Shown one piece after another: positions 52,513 to 62,187 of a DNA stretch of 64,000 bases. The stretch is from Thalassobaculaceae bacterium (GTDB lineage Bacteria > Pseudomonadota > Alphaproteobacteria > Thalassobaculales > Thalassobaculaceae): positions 4,074,616 to 4,138,615 of the forward strand of contig OZ245843.1 in assembly GCA_965228875.1 (NCBI GenBank), written 5' to 3'. Each line of letters opens with the position of its first letter. The first letter of the stretch is position 1. Below the pieces are notes generated by a model. The model saw only the letters and a list, made by a program, of their open reading frames with translations. It searched no databases and was not told where the DNA came from. A program made the position numbers and the translations under genes.

Positions 52513-53625
52513 ATGTCGATCACCCGCCGCTCGCTGCTGAAGAGCACCGCCCTCGCCGGCGCCGCTCTCGCGGCTCCCGCCATCCTGAAAGCCGAGGACG
52601 CCCTCGCCTCGTCGGGCACCGTGAATCTCTTCGCCTGGGGCGACTACGTTCAGGACAACATGGTCGCCAAGTTCGAGAAGGACACCGGCATCAAGATCAA
52701 CCTGTCCACCTTCGGGTCGAACGACGAGGCCGAACAGAAGCTGAAGGCGGCGGGCGGCAAGGGGTTCGACGTGATCTTCCCGTCGGTCACCAACGGTCCG
52801 AACTATTACCCCGACGGTCTGCTGCAGGCCGTGGACGAGTCCAAGCTGGACATGGACAAGCTGATCCCGTCCATGGTTCGCGACTCCGTCTCCCTCGGCG
52901 CGACCTATCGCGGCAAGCGCATGCTGCTGCCGTTCGACTGGGGCACGGAAGCTGTCACCTACAATTCCAAGGAGCTGCCGCTGGAGCAGGTCTCCTTCGG
53001 GTCCCTCTTCCAGGACGGCGCCCGGTCGGCGTTCCGCCAGAAGTCGGTCATCATGGGGGTCGGCCTCTACCTCGACGCGAAGGGTGAACTGAAGTCCAAC
53101 CGGATGCTCGACGTCTACAAGTCCGAGGACGATGCCCGCCGGGTGTGGGACGCCTGCGCGACGTACGTGATCGAGAACAAGTCGTCGATCGCCGCCTTCT
53201 GGAACAACGCCACCGAGGCGACCAACGCGTTCAAGCAGGCCGGCGCCAACATCGGCCAGACCTGGGACACCACCGGCCTCCTGCTGAACCGCGAAGACGC
53301 CGCCTGGAAGTACCGGATGCCGGTCGAAGGCGGGATCACCTGGATGGACTCCATGGGCATCCCGTCCGGCGCGGCGAACGTCGAGCAGGCCTACGCGTTC
53401 ATCAATGCCATGCTCGACCCGATGATGGCCGGAATGTTCTCCATGAACACCGGGTACAACTCCGCCGTCGCCGGCGCCGCCGATCATGCCGGTGACCAGT
53501 ACAAGGCGCAGTTCAACGAGACCTACAACGCCGAGAATCTCGCCAATCTGTGGTGGTGGCAGGCCGACACGCCTTGGTTCGCGCCGTTGCGCCAGGAATA
53601 TGTCGACAAGATCACCAACGCCTGA
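52513..53625 (+). CDS. PotD/PotF-family substrate-binding protein with Tat signal
   Basis: TRRSLLK Tat motif, FAWGDY, FGSNDE, PFDWG, EGGITWMD. Confidence 0.88.
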   Translation: MSITRRSLLKSTALAGAALAAPAILKAEDALASSGTVNLFAWGDYVQDNMVAKFEKDTGIKINLSTFGSNDEAEQKLKAAGGKGFDVIFPSVTNGPNYYPDGLLQAVDESKLDMDKLIPSMVRDSVSLGATYRGKRMLLPFDWGTEAVTYNSKELPLEQVSFGSLFQDGARSAFRQKSVIMGVGLYLDAKGELKSNRMLDVYKSEDDARRVWDACATYVIENKSSIAAFWNNATEATNAFKQAGANIGQTWDTTGLLLNREDAAWKYRMPVEGGITWMDSMGIPSGAANVEQAYAFINAMLDPMMAGMFSMNTGYNSAVAGAADHAGDQYKAQFNETYNAENLANLWWWQADTPWFAPLRQEYVDKITNA

Positions 53626-53707
53626 GTCCGGCGCTGGACAGGGACCCGGGGCAGGCGGTGCCCCGGGTCCGGTTCTTCGGAAATCACTCTCTGAGGGGGC
53701 CGGGGAG

Positions 53708-54799
53708 ATGCGAGGCCAGGACGTCGCCCTGACGGGCGTATCGATGACCTATCCGAACGGCTTCACAGCCGTCCACGCCACCGACCTGTCGGTCCGGGCG
53801 GGGGAGTTCTTCTCCATCCTCGGCCCGTCCGGGTGCGGAAAGACGACGATCCTTCGGATGGTCTCGGGGTTCATAGACCCGACCCGCGGCGAGGTCGCCA
53901 TCGGCGGCCAGGCGATGAACGGCATCGGGCCGAACCGACGGCCGACGGCGCTGATCTTCCAGAATCTCGCGCTCTTCCCGCTGATGACGGTGTGGGAGAA
54001 CGTCGCCTTCGGCCTGGAGGCCCGGGGCGTCGCCAAGGCCGACCGCCGGCGGCGGGCCGGGGAACTGCTGGATCTGGTCGCGCTCGCGGGGCAGGCGGAC
54101 AAGAAGCCGACCGAACTCTCCGGAGGCCAGCGCCAGCGCGTGGCCGTCGCCCGCGCGCTTGCCGTGGAGCCGGCGGTCCTGCTGCTCGACGAACCGCTCT
54201 CGGCCCTGGACCTCAAGCTGCGCCAGCACATGCGCGCGGAGCTGAAGGAGATCCAGCGGAAGACGGGCGTCACCTTCATCTACATCACCCACGACCAGGG
54301 CGAGGCGCTGACCATGTCCGACCGGGTCGCGGTCATGAACCTCGGCCGTATCGAACAGGTCGGTTCCGCCGACGAGGTCTACAACGCGCCCGGCACGCCG
54401 TTCGTCGCGACGTTCGTCGGCGAGCAGAACGTGCTGCGCGGCCGGGTCGTGGGACGGGAGAACGGGTATGCCTGCCTGGACACCCCGCTCGGCAGGATGT
54501 TCGGCGTCGACACGCACGGCCTGCCGGACGGCGCCGATGCCATGCTGTTCGTGCGCCCGGAGCGGATGCGCATCGCCGGCGGTGCGACGACACCCGCCAA
54601 TGCGATCGAGGCCGTGGTGGAGCGCCGCGACCTGGAAGGGCCGTTCGTGAACCTGTTCGTGCGCTCCGGATCCCAGAGCCTGTCACTGCATCTGACCAAC
54701 TCGGGTACCGCCGGCCAGGAGTTCACCGGCACCCAGACGATCGGCTTCGAGCGCGGCGACGCGACGGTCATGGCCGCAGGGGAACTGGCCCGTGAGTGA
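53708..54799 (+). CDS. PotA-like ABC ATPase
   Basis: GPSGCGKTT, LSGGQRQR, DEPLSALDLKLR, THDQGEAL. Confidence 0.92.
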   Translation: MRGQDVALTGVSMTYPNGFTAVHATDLSVRAGEFFSILGPSGCGKTTILRMVSGFIDPTRGEVAIGGQAMNGIGPNRRPTALIFQNLALFPLMTVWENVAFGLEARGVAKADRRRRAGELLDLVALAGQADKKPTELSGGQRQRVAVARALAVEPAVLLLDEPLSALDLKLRQHMRAELKEIQRKTGVTFIYITHDQGEALTMSDRVAVMNLGRIEQVGSADEVYNAPGTPFVATFVGEQNVLRGRVVGRENGYACLDTPLGRMFGVDTHGLPDGADAMLFVRPERMRIAGGATTPANAIEAVVERRDLEGPFVNLFVRSGSQSLSLHLTNSGTAGQEFTGTQTIGFERGDATVMAAGELARE

Positions 54800-55973
54800 G
54801 CTGGTCAAGACCTATGGCCGCGGGTTGACGGGCCTGTTCGTCGGCCTCGTGGTCGTCTGGATCCTGATGCTGATCCTCATTCCGCAGGTCCGGATGATCG
54901 AGCGCGCGTTCATCTACGAGGATCGGGGCGGCGAGACGGCGATGCTCGCGCTGGAGATCGACAGGCTCTACACGGAGAAGTTCGAGTTGGAGCAGAAACT
55001 GCGGTCCCCGGCGCCCGTCGGCGGATCCGCCCTCTCCCCCTTCGCCCCATCCCCAAGCCCGCCGTCGCCGAGCCTGGCGCCCTCGCCGTCGCTGACCCCC
55101 ACCCCCGGCGTCTCGGGCGGCGAGACCGCGCCCGCCGTCGATAAAGCGGAGATCGACTCGAGGATCGCCGAGATTTCCGCCGAGATCGCCGAGCTGGAGG
55201 CGAAGGAGGACACATCCTCTGGCGAGGCCGGGATGAAGGAGCGGTATTCGCTCGAGAACTTCACGACGATGAGCGCCGTCCATTTCTCGATCTTCCTGTG
55301 GACCCTGTTCTATGCGCTGTGCGTGACGGTGCTCTGCTTCCTGGTCTGCTATCCGGTGGCCTACGCGGCGGCGACCATGCGGAGCCAGGAGCGGCTGACG
55401 CTGCTGATGGTGGGGCTCGTCATTCCCTATGCCATCAACGAACTCCTCAGGATCTTCTCGTGGGTGATGATCCTGGAGAAGCAGGGCATCCTGAACTCCC
55501 TGCTCGACGGGCTCGGGATCATCGATATGGGAGCGGGCGAAGGACTGCGCTTCGTCGCCTCGAACGGCGCGGTCTTCACGGTGATGGTCTATGCCTACAT
55601 CCTGTTCATGGTGTTCCCGATCTACAACACCATCGACACCCTCGACAGGAACCAGATCGAGGCGGCGCGGGATCTCGGAGCCTCCACTTGGAAGATCCAT
55701 ACCCGCGTCGTCATCCCCCATGCGAAGCCGGGCATCGCCGTCGGGTCGATCATGACCTTCATGCTGTCGGCGGGGTCGATCGCGGTGCCGGAGATCGTCG
55801 GGCGCGGCCTGCACCCCGACTGGTTCAGCCAGCTCATCTACCGTCGTTTCTTCGAGGCCGACAGCTGGAACCAGGGATCGGCCTATTCGGTGGCGCTGCT
55901 GGTCGCCTGCGTGGCGTTCATTCTCATCAACATGTCGATCTTCAAGGTCGGTATCCGCGACATCGCGAAGTAG
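54792..55973 (+). CDS. PotB-like ABC permease with large periplasmic insertion
   Basis: CYPVAY, EAARDLGA; coiled-coil/Ser-Pro insertion after TM1. Confidence 0.88.
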   Translation: MSELVKTYGRGLTGLFVGLVVVWILMLILIPQVRMIERAFIYEDRGGETAMLALEIDRLYTEKFELEQKLRSPAPVGGSALSPFAPSPSPPSPSLAPSPSLTPTPGVSGGETAPAVDKAEIDSRIAEISAEIAELEAKEDTSSGEAGMKERYSLENFTTMSAVHFSIFLWTLFYALCVTVLCFLVCYPVAYAAATMRSQERLTLLMVGLVIPYAINELLRIFSWVMILEKQGILNSLLDGLGIIDMGAGEGLRFVASNGAVFTVMVYAYILFMVFPIYNTIDTLDRNQIEAARDLGASTWKIHTRVVIPHAKPGIAVGSIMTFMLSAGSIAVPEIVGRGLHPDWFSQLIYRRFFEADSWNQGSAYSVALLVACVAFILINMSIFKVGIRDIAK

Positions 55974-55981
55974 GGGGGCAG

Positions 55982-56821
55982 ATGACCACGGCCGGCACGA
56001 CGTCGTCCTTCACCCTTCCCTCGCCGACGGCGAGGAGGGAGACCGACTGGGCGGGCGCCATCATGGGCGGTTACCTGGTGATCTTCTTCGCCTACATGTT
56101 TCTCCCGCTGATCTTCATGGTGGTCGCGGCGTTCAACGCCTCGTCGACGCCGTCGGTCACCGACTGGCAGGGGCTCACGCTGCGCTGGTTCATCGAGCTG
56201 CCGGGCGACGCACGTTTCGTGCGGGGGCTTTGGAACTCGGTGATGATCGCGGTCGGTGTCATCGTGGTGGCGATACCGCTCGGTCTCGCCGGCGCGCTGA
56301 TCCTCACCCGCCTGCAATCCGGCGCGACGACGCTCTTGTACACCGTCCTTGTCTCTCCGATCCTGATGCCGGGCATCGTGCTGGGCGTGACGACGATGAT
56401 CTTCTGGCGCGACTACTTCGGCGTAGAGGCTGGACTGTTCACCGCAATGGTCGCTCAGAGCGCGTTCATCGCCTCATACTGCATGCTGCTGTTCATGGCC
56501 CGTCTACAGCGCCAGGACCGGGTGCTTGAGGAGGCGGCCCTCGACCTCGGGGCGTCTCCGGTCCTCGTGTTCCGGCGGATCACGCTTCCGTTCCTGATGC
56601 CGACCATCGCGACCGCCTGTGTCATCGCCTTCCTGCAGTCGATCGAGAACTACAACACGACGTTCTTCGCGATCGGTGGCGAGTGGACCCTGGTGACCGA
56701 GATCGGCGCCCGAATGCGCTTCGGGCTTTCCCCGATGATCAACGCGATCGGCGTGATATTCGTCGCGATAACGATCCTTGCCGCCTGCGCACACGTCGTC
56801 CTCAAACGCCGCCGGGGTTGA
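55982..56821 (+). CDS. PotC-like ABC permease
   Basis: AFN...GLTLRWF, EEAALDLGA, SPMINA. Confidence 0.9.
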   Translation: MTTAGTTSSFTLPSPTARRETDWAGAIMGGYLVIFFAYMFLPLIFMVVAAFNASSTPSVTDWQGLTLRWFIELPGDARFVRGLWNSVMIAVGVIVVAIPLGLAGALILTRLQSGATTLLYTVLVSPILMPGIVLGVTTMIFWRDYFGVEAGLFTAMVAQSAFIASYCMLLFMARLQRQDRVLEEAALDLGASPVLVFRRITLPFLMPTIATACVIAFLQSIENYNTTFFAIGGEWTLVTEIGARMRFGLSPMINAIGVIFVAITILAACAHVVLKRRRG

Positions 56822-57532
56822 ATGCGACTACAGCTGCGCTGCCTGCCGGGATATGCCGGTCATCTGCCGACGCCGACCCTGGCTGGGGATGGGTTGCCGG
56901 ACTGGCTGCGGACGATGCCGTCGGAGGGGCCGGCGCGGCTCCTCGCCGACGCGAGCGTGAGGACGGTGAAACACTGCCCGCCTTTCGTCGATGCGATGCG
57001 GGGGGGTGTCCTGTTTCCCTTGGCCGCCGACCTGACGGTCGGGAACGGCGAGTTGTCCTGGCAGTGGGACCTGCCCGCGCATCCGATCGCCCGTCCGACC
57101 CGGTCCCCGATCGGCGTCCACCTGCCCGAGCAGGTCGAAGGGCTGCCGGGCCTCGATCATTCGGGTCAGTTCATCGTCAAGTTCAACAATTTCTGGACGG
57201 TGGTCCTGCCCGAGGGCTGGTCGATGCTGTTCACGCATCCGGTCAACCGGCTCGATCTGCCGTTCCGGACCATCTCGGGGGTCGTGGACTGCGATTCCTG
57301 GCGCGACGGCCTCGTTCATTTTCCGGCGATCTGGAGCGATCCCGGTTTCGAGGGCGTCCTGCCCGCCGGAACCCCGGTCGCGCAGGGGTTCCCCGTCCGT
57401 CGCGATCCGCTCGAGCTGGACATCGGCGAGATGACGGCCGACGCCGTCCAGGCCCATGTCGGGGTGCAGGACGCCCTGCAGTCCGAGCCGGGGCTCTACC
57501 GGAAACGCTATCGGCGCGGTGCGAAGAGCTGA
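56822..57532 (+). CDS. Conserved hypothetical protein (DUF6065-like)
   Basis: LPDW, TVKHCPPFVDAM, KFNNFW, THPVNR, SGVVD, GTPVAQ; ATG directly follows the potC-like stop. Confidence 0.65.
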   Translation: MRLQLRCLPGYAGHLPTPTLAGDGLPDWLRTMPSEGPARLLADASVRTVKHCPPFVDAMRGGVLFPLAADLTVGNGELSWQWDLPAHPIARPTRSPIGVHLPEQVEGLPGLDHSGQFIVKFNNFWTVVLPEGWSMLFTHPVNRLDLPFRTISGVVDCDSWRDGLVHFPAIWSDPGFEGVLPAGTPVAQGFPVRRDPLELDIGEMTADAVQAHVGVQDALQSEPGLYRKRYRRGAKS

Positions 57533-58134
57533 TCCTGGCGGATCGGGATCCGGCCGGCCGGTCCTTGGGTCGCGATCTTCAATCGGGCGGCGGCGGCCTC
57601 CGGGCTGCCGGCGGCGGTCTCCGACAGCAAGGACATGGCCGCGTCGGCGTCGCCGCAGTCCCGCGCCGCCTCGGCCCGGATGAGATCAAAGTCGGGCGTG
57701 TGCGGCGCCTGCGAGTCCAACAGGTCGCGGGCCGCCTCCGCCCGGCCCAGGCGCAGTTGAAGCCGCGCCAGGTTGAGGATCGCGTCGCCATCGTCGGGCA
57801 CGGCTTCGAGATAGCGGCGGAACCCGCTCTCCGCCGCGTCGAGGTGGCCGAGGTCGAGAAGCGCCGCGGCGTGCTCGAACCGCGCATTTGCGTGGTCCGG
57901 GGCGATCTTCAGCGCCGCCTCGTAGTCGACGATCGCCTCCGGCAGTCTCCCCATGCGCCTGCGGACGAGACCGCGGTTGAAGTGCAGGCTGGCGTTGCCG
58001 GGCGCGCCGGCGATCAGCGCGTCCAGCGCATCGTGCGCCGCGTCCCAGTCTTCGCGAGCCAGGGCGGACTGGGCAGCGGCCTGAAGGCGTTGAAGCCCGC
58101 CCGCCGCATGGGGGTTGCGCTTTCGTCGGTTCAT
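57508..58134 (-). CDS. Tetratricopeptide repeat protein
   Basis: TPR-like units (HFNRGLV...EAIVDYEAALKIAPDH, DAILNLARL); GAGGAG RBS before ATG at 58134. Confidence 0.75.
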   Translation of the reverse strand: MNRRKRNPHAAGGLQRLQAAAQSALAREDWDAAHDALDALIAGAPGNASLHFNRGLVRRRMGRLPEAIVDYEAALKIAPDHANARFEHAAALLDLGHLDAAESGFRRYLEAVPDDGDAILNLARLQLRLGRAEAARDLLDSQAPHTPDFDLIRAEAARDCGDADAAMSLLSETAAGSPEAAAARLKIATQGPAGRIPIRQDQLFAPRR

Positions 58135-58247
58135 CTCCTCAGCCCCCGGATGCGGCCCCAGAAACGGTTCTGGCGGTAGCCACGTAAGCTCCGTCCAGGC
58201 CGCGATGTCAACGACTTGCGGCGATCCCCGTCCGTCGCGGCTCTTCC

Positions 58248-59051
58248 TCAGTCGGCGAGCAGTCGGCGGGCCGCGACCAGCGCCCGTCGGGCGAGTTCCG
58301 ACGCCCCGATTTCGGCGGCGAGCGCATGGTTCGGCACCTCGATGCTCACCGTCAGGTCGGCGGGGATCAGGGCGGCGATCGCCTTCAGGTCGATCCCGCC
58401 ATCGCCGGGGATCAGCCGTGCCGTTCGGGCGATGGCGATCACGGCCTCGTCCGACGGGTCGTAAGGGACCGGTCCGTCGCAGATCTGCACGTAGTTCATC
58501 AGGCCGTGCGGCAGATCCGCGAACTCCTCCAGCTCCGATCCGCAGCGGTCGAAATGCAGGGCGTCGAACAGCACCGCCGCGGACGGATGATCGGCGCTCT
58601 CCGCCAGGCGGCGGGCGGCGGCGAGGTCTCTGCACCCGGTCCACGGCATGAACTCCAGATCGGCCGTCAGCCCGTAAGCGCCGAGCCGATGGCACAGGGC
58701 CGCGTAGTTGTCCCGGGTGCGGCCGGGGTCGGTGTCGTCGACCGCGACCAGAACGTGACGGGCGCCGAACTCGGCGACGCGGTCGAGGAAGGCGGTGAAG
58801 TCGTCGACATCGGTCTCCGGCTTCAGGCGGATCATCTCGGCATCCGCCATCGTGACGCCGGTGTCGCGCATCGCCGCCTTTACCTCGGCGACGAGGGCGT
58901 GGTCGTCCAGCAGCGGGGGCAGGGCCTCGCCGGCGGCCGGAAGCAGACGGAAACTGACCATGTCATAGCCGTGCTCGGCCGCGATCGTTACCGCCGTTAC
59001 CGGATCGACCCCGTTGCCGGTCAGGTATCCGAGCGAATAGGCGCGTGGCAT
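58248..59051 (-). CDS. Sugar phosphate isomerase/epimerase (xylose-isomerase-like TIM barrel)
   Basis: LEFMPW, DALH, QICD, RLIPGDG and SIE metal motifs. Confidence 0.85.
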   Translation of the reverse strand: MPRAYSLGYLTGNGVDPVTAVTIAAEHGYDMVSFRLLPAAGEALPPLLDDHALVAEVKAAMRDTGVTMADAEMIRLKPETDVDDFTAFLDRVAEFGARHVLVAVDDTDPGRTRDNYAALCHRLGAYGLTADLEFMPWTGCRDLAAARRLAESADHPSAAVLFDALHFDRCGSELEEFADLPHGLMNYVQICDGPVPYDPSDEAVIAIARTARLIPGDGGIDLKAIAALIPADLTVSIEVPNHALAAEIGASELARRALVAARRLLAD

Positions 59052-59064
59052 CGCATTCCTCCCT

Positions 59065-59126
59065 GGGTGTTCCTCAAACGGGGGTGTTCCTCAAACGGGG
59101 GTGTTCCTCAAACAGGGGCGTTCCTC
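59065..59126. repeat. 17-bp tandem repeat GGGTGTTCCTCAAACGG x~3.6
   Basis: Units start at 59065, 59082, 59099 (1 mismatch) and 59116 (partial). Confidence 0.92.
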
Positions 59127-59293
59127 GCCTGGACCGTCAGCCGAACCCGAACCGGTCAACGCCGCAAGCGCGTGAATTCCCGGTTTGACTTCGATCCCGG
59201 GCGTCATAGCGTGTCTCCGCCCGTCCGCTTGAGCCTGTCCATCCGCCACGCCGCCGGGCGTCGGACAAGAAACGATACCCCGGGAGGAGACGG

Positions 59294-59734
59294 ATGACCG
59301 CGCCCACCATTCACATCATCAACGGCCCCAACCTCAACATGCTCGGGACCCGCGAGCCGGAGATCTACGGCAGCACGACCCTGGCGGAGATCGAGGCCCA
59401 GTGCCGCGGGGCGGCGCGCGGCCCCCTCGAGTTCAAGCAATCGAACCTCGAAGGCGAGATCGTCGACATGCTGCACGCCGCGCGCGGTGCCTCGGACGGT
59501 GTCATCATCAACCCCGCCGGCTACAGCTTCTATTCGGTGGCGATCTACGACGCGCTCAAGATCTACGACCGTCCGATCATCGAGCTGCACATCTCCAACA
59601 TCCACGCCCGCGACGCCCTGCACCGGCATTCGATCATGTCGGAGGCCGTCACGGCGGTGATCGCCGGTCTCGGAGCGCCCGGCTACGTCACCGCCATGGA
59701 GGCCCTGTACCGGATGCTGGACGGGGCCGAGTGA
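59294..59734 (+). CDS. aroQ: Type II 3-dehydroquinate dehydratase family (divergent)
   Basis: INGPNLNMLGTREPEIYG, QSNLEG, IINPAG, ELHISNIHAR. Confidence 0.85.
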   Translation: MTAPTIHIINGPNLNMLGTREPEIYGSTTLAEIEAQCRGAARGPLEFKQSNLEGEIVDMLHAARGASDGVIINPAGYSFYSVAIYDALKIYDRPIIELHISNIHARDALHRHSIMSEAVTAVIAGLGAPGYVTAMEALYRMLDGAE

Positions 59735-59774
59735 GCCCGGTCCGTCCCCCGTCGGCGCCGGCCGGCGAGCGCCG

Positions 59775-61028
59775 TCAGTCGACGAGCGCCTGATAGGTGA
59801 GCACCCGCAGTTCGCGGCGCAGCGGCCAGGCCGAGGATGGGGTGAGCTGGGTGAAGAACACCGCCGCGATCTCCTCCGCCCGGTCGATCCAGAACCCGGT
59901 GCTCGCCACGCCGCCCCAGGCGAACTCGCCGGGGCTGCCGGGGATCTGAGCGGCGGCCGTGTCGAGCAGGACCGAGCCGCCGAGACCGAAGCCGATGCCG
60001 ACCATCGGCATCTCGGAGAAGCTCGACTGCCCCATCGAGGCGATATCGCCGGGCAGGTGGTTCGACATCATCAGATCGACGGTCTTGCGGCCGAGGATGC
60101 GCGAGGCGCCAAAGGTACCGCCGCGGCGCATCATCTCCATGAAGCGCAGATAGTCGGGCATGGTCGAGACCAGCCCACCGCCGCCGGACTCCATCGCTTG
60201 GCTGCCGACGAACTTGGAGGTCGCCGCCTCCTCGCCGCGTTTCATCCCGTCGCCCGATTTCTCGTAGCAGGGGACGAACCGGCCGACCTTGTCCTCGGGC
60301 ACGCCGAAGAACGTGTCCGCCATGCCGAGCGGGTCGAAGATCCGCTCCTGCAGCACCGCGCCGAGCGGCTTGCCGGCGACCACCTCAACCAAGCGGCCGA
60401 GCACGTCTATGGCGATGGAGTAGGTCCACTGGCTTCCGGGCTCGAAACAGAGCGGCACGGCGGCCGCCCGCTTCGTCACCTCGGCCACGCTCTCCTTGCC
60501 GGGGAAGAAGTTGACGTTGTGCCTGCGGTAGGCCGCGCCGATCGGGCCGGGATCGAAGAACCCGTAGGTCAGCCCCGCGGTGTGGGTCATGAGTTGGCGG
60601 ATGGTGATCGGTCCCTCGGCGGCGCGGGTCTCCATCGTCTCGCCCTCGCCGGAGACGTAGACCCGAGGCTCGGAGAATTCCGGGAGGAAGCGCGAGATCG
60701 GATCCTCGAGCTGGAAGCGGCCCTCCTCGTAGAAAGTCATCGCCGCCGCGGTAACGACCGGCTTGGTCATGGAGTAGATCCGGGCCAGATGGTCAACCGC
60801 CGGCGCCTGGCCGGCGTCGGGATCGGTGTGGCCACGGGCGTCGAGATAGGCGATCTCGCCGCCGCGCAGGATCGCGGTCATCGCATAGGGCAGCTTGCCT
60901 TCCCCGACATACCGCTCCATCCAGGCGCCGATCCGCGACAGCCGACCGGCATCGAAGCCGAGCGCGCGCGGGGTGTCGGTCTGATCGGCAAAAGCGGCGA
61001 GGCTCTGGTGTTGCGAGAATGCGGTCAT
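59775..61028 (-). CDS. Serine hydrolase, beta-lactamase/esterase family
   Basis: SMTK catalytic motif, LMTHTAG, WTYS, WGG. Confidence 0.9.
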   Translation of the reverse strand: MTAFSQHQSLAAFADQTDTPRALGFDAGRLSRIGAWMERYVGEGKLPYAMTAILRGGEIAYLDARGHTDPDAGQAPAVDHLARIYSMTKPVVTAAAMTFYEEGRFQLEDPISRFLPEFSEPRVYVSGEGETMETRAAEGPITIRQLMTHTAGLTYGFFDPGPIGAAYRRHNVNFFPGKESVAEVTKRAAAVPLCFEPGSQWTYSIAIDVLGRLVEVVAGKPLGAVLQERIFDPLGMADTFFGVPEDKVGRFVPCYEKSGDGMKRGEEAATSKFVGSQAMESGGGGLVSTMPDYLRFMEMMRRGGTFGASRILGRKTVDLMMSNHLPGDIASMGQSSFSEMPMVGIGFGLGGSVLLDTAAAQIPGSPGEFAWGGVASTGFWIDRAEEIAAVFFTQLTPSSAWPLRRELRVLTYQALVD

Positions 61029-61072
61029 GTCGGGTCCCTCCTGCGTGTGGGCCCGAGATTAGGCAGTGCCGC

Positions 61073-61873
61073 TCAACCCGTATAGAGCCAGATCAGCAGG
61101 CCGCCGCCGAGCGCGATGCGGTACAGCACGAAGGGCAGGAAGCTGGCCCGCCGCAGCCAGCCCATCATCGCGACGATGGCGATCAGCGCGGCGAGGAAGG
61201 CCAGGCCGCCGGCGATCACCGCGTCCAGGGTCAGGCGGGCGTCGCCGGCCTCGTAGAGGTCGAGGCCGGTCAGGGTGCCGGCGGCGAGGATCGTCGGGAT
61301 GCTGAGCAACATGGAGAACCGGGCGGCCTCCGCCCGCTCGTAGCCGAGCATCCGCGCCGCCGTCATGGTGATGCCGGATCGGCTGGTACCGGGGATCAGC
61401 GCCAGAACCTGGGCGACACCGATGAACAGCGCCTCGCCATAGCCCATGTGCTCGATGCGCCGGATCGTCATGCCGGTCCGGTCGGTGATCCAGAGCAGGA
61501 TGCCGAAGCCGAGGGTGGCCCAGGCGACGACCTCGGCCGCGCGGGTCATGCCGCCGAAATAGCGCTGGATCGCGTAGCCGGCCGCGACCACCGGGATCGT
61601 CGCCAGCACGATCTGCAGGGCAAGGCGGAATCCCGGATCGCGCCTTCCGCGCAGGCCCCGGAGAGTGCCAAGGGTCATGCGGGCGAGATCGCGCCACAGG
61701 TAGAGGCAAACCGCGAGCAGCGTGCCGACATGGACCGCGACGTCGATGACCAGCCCCTGATCGGCTTCACCGGTCAGCGCCGGGACCAGGATCAGGTGCC
61801 CGGAGGAACTGATCGGCAGGAACTCCGTGATCCCCTGGACGACGGCCAGCAGGATCAGATGCTCGATGGACAC
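61073..61873 (-). CDS. uppP: Undecaprenyl-diphosphate phosphatase
   Basis: QGITEFLPISSSGH and PGTSRSG motifs; GTG start at 61873. Confidence 0.95.
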   Translation of the reverse strand: MSIEHLILLAVVQGITEFLPISSSGHLILVPALTGEADQGLVIDVAVHVGTLLAVCLYLWRDLARMTLGTLRGLRGRRDPGFRLALQIVLATIPVVAAGYAIQRYFGGMTRAAEVVAWATLGFGILLWITDRTGMTIRRIEHMGYGEALFIGVAQVLALIPGTSRSGITMTAARMLGYERAEAARFSMLLSIPTILAAGTLTGLDLYEAGDARLTLDAVIAGGLAFLAALIAIVAMMGWLRRASFLPFVLYRIALGGGLLIWLYTG

Positions 61874-62187
61874 GCATACCCCCGCTGTCCGATTGCGCGA
61901 GGCGGACAATATAGGAATCTGGAGAAAGCGCGCAGGCGGAAATAAGTACCGATTTGAGACTAAATCTCGATCGATCGATGCCGGTGGTCCGAGCGAAAGC
62001 CGATTGCTCCGTGAGGTGGGGGTCGGTGTCGGGGTGAAAAGGGTCCGCATCGGACCAAATCCGGTAATTTGCGCTTTCTGCAAACATCGCGAGCGTGTAT
62101 AGAGACCGCCCGCCGGCATTTCGGTGGGAATAGGGAGCCGGAACAGCGTTCGTCCGCGCCCGGCTCCGATACTAAGGAGACGACGCC

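Noticed and set aside
59065..59126. CRISPR array
   Set aside because: The repeats are adjacent with no spacers, only 17 bp long, and there are no cas genes.
59775..61028. Beta-lactam resistance gene
   Set aside because: It has SxxK, but no signal peptide, and WGG replaces KTG, so it is more likely a cytoplasmic esterase or amidase.
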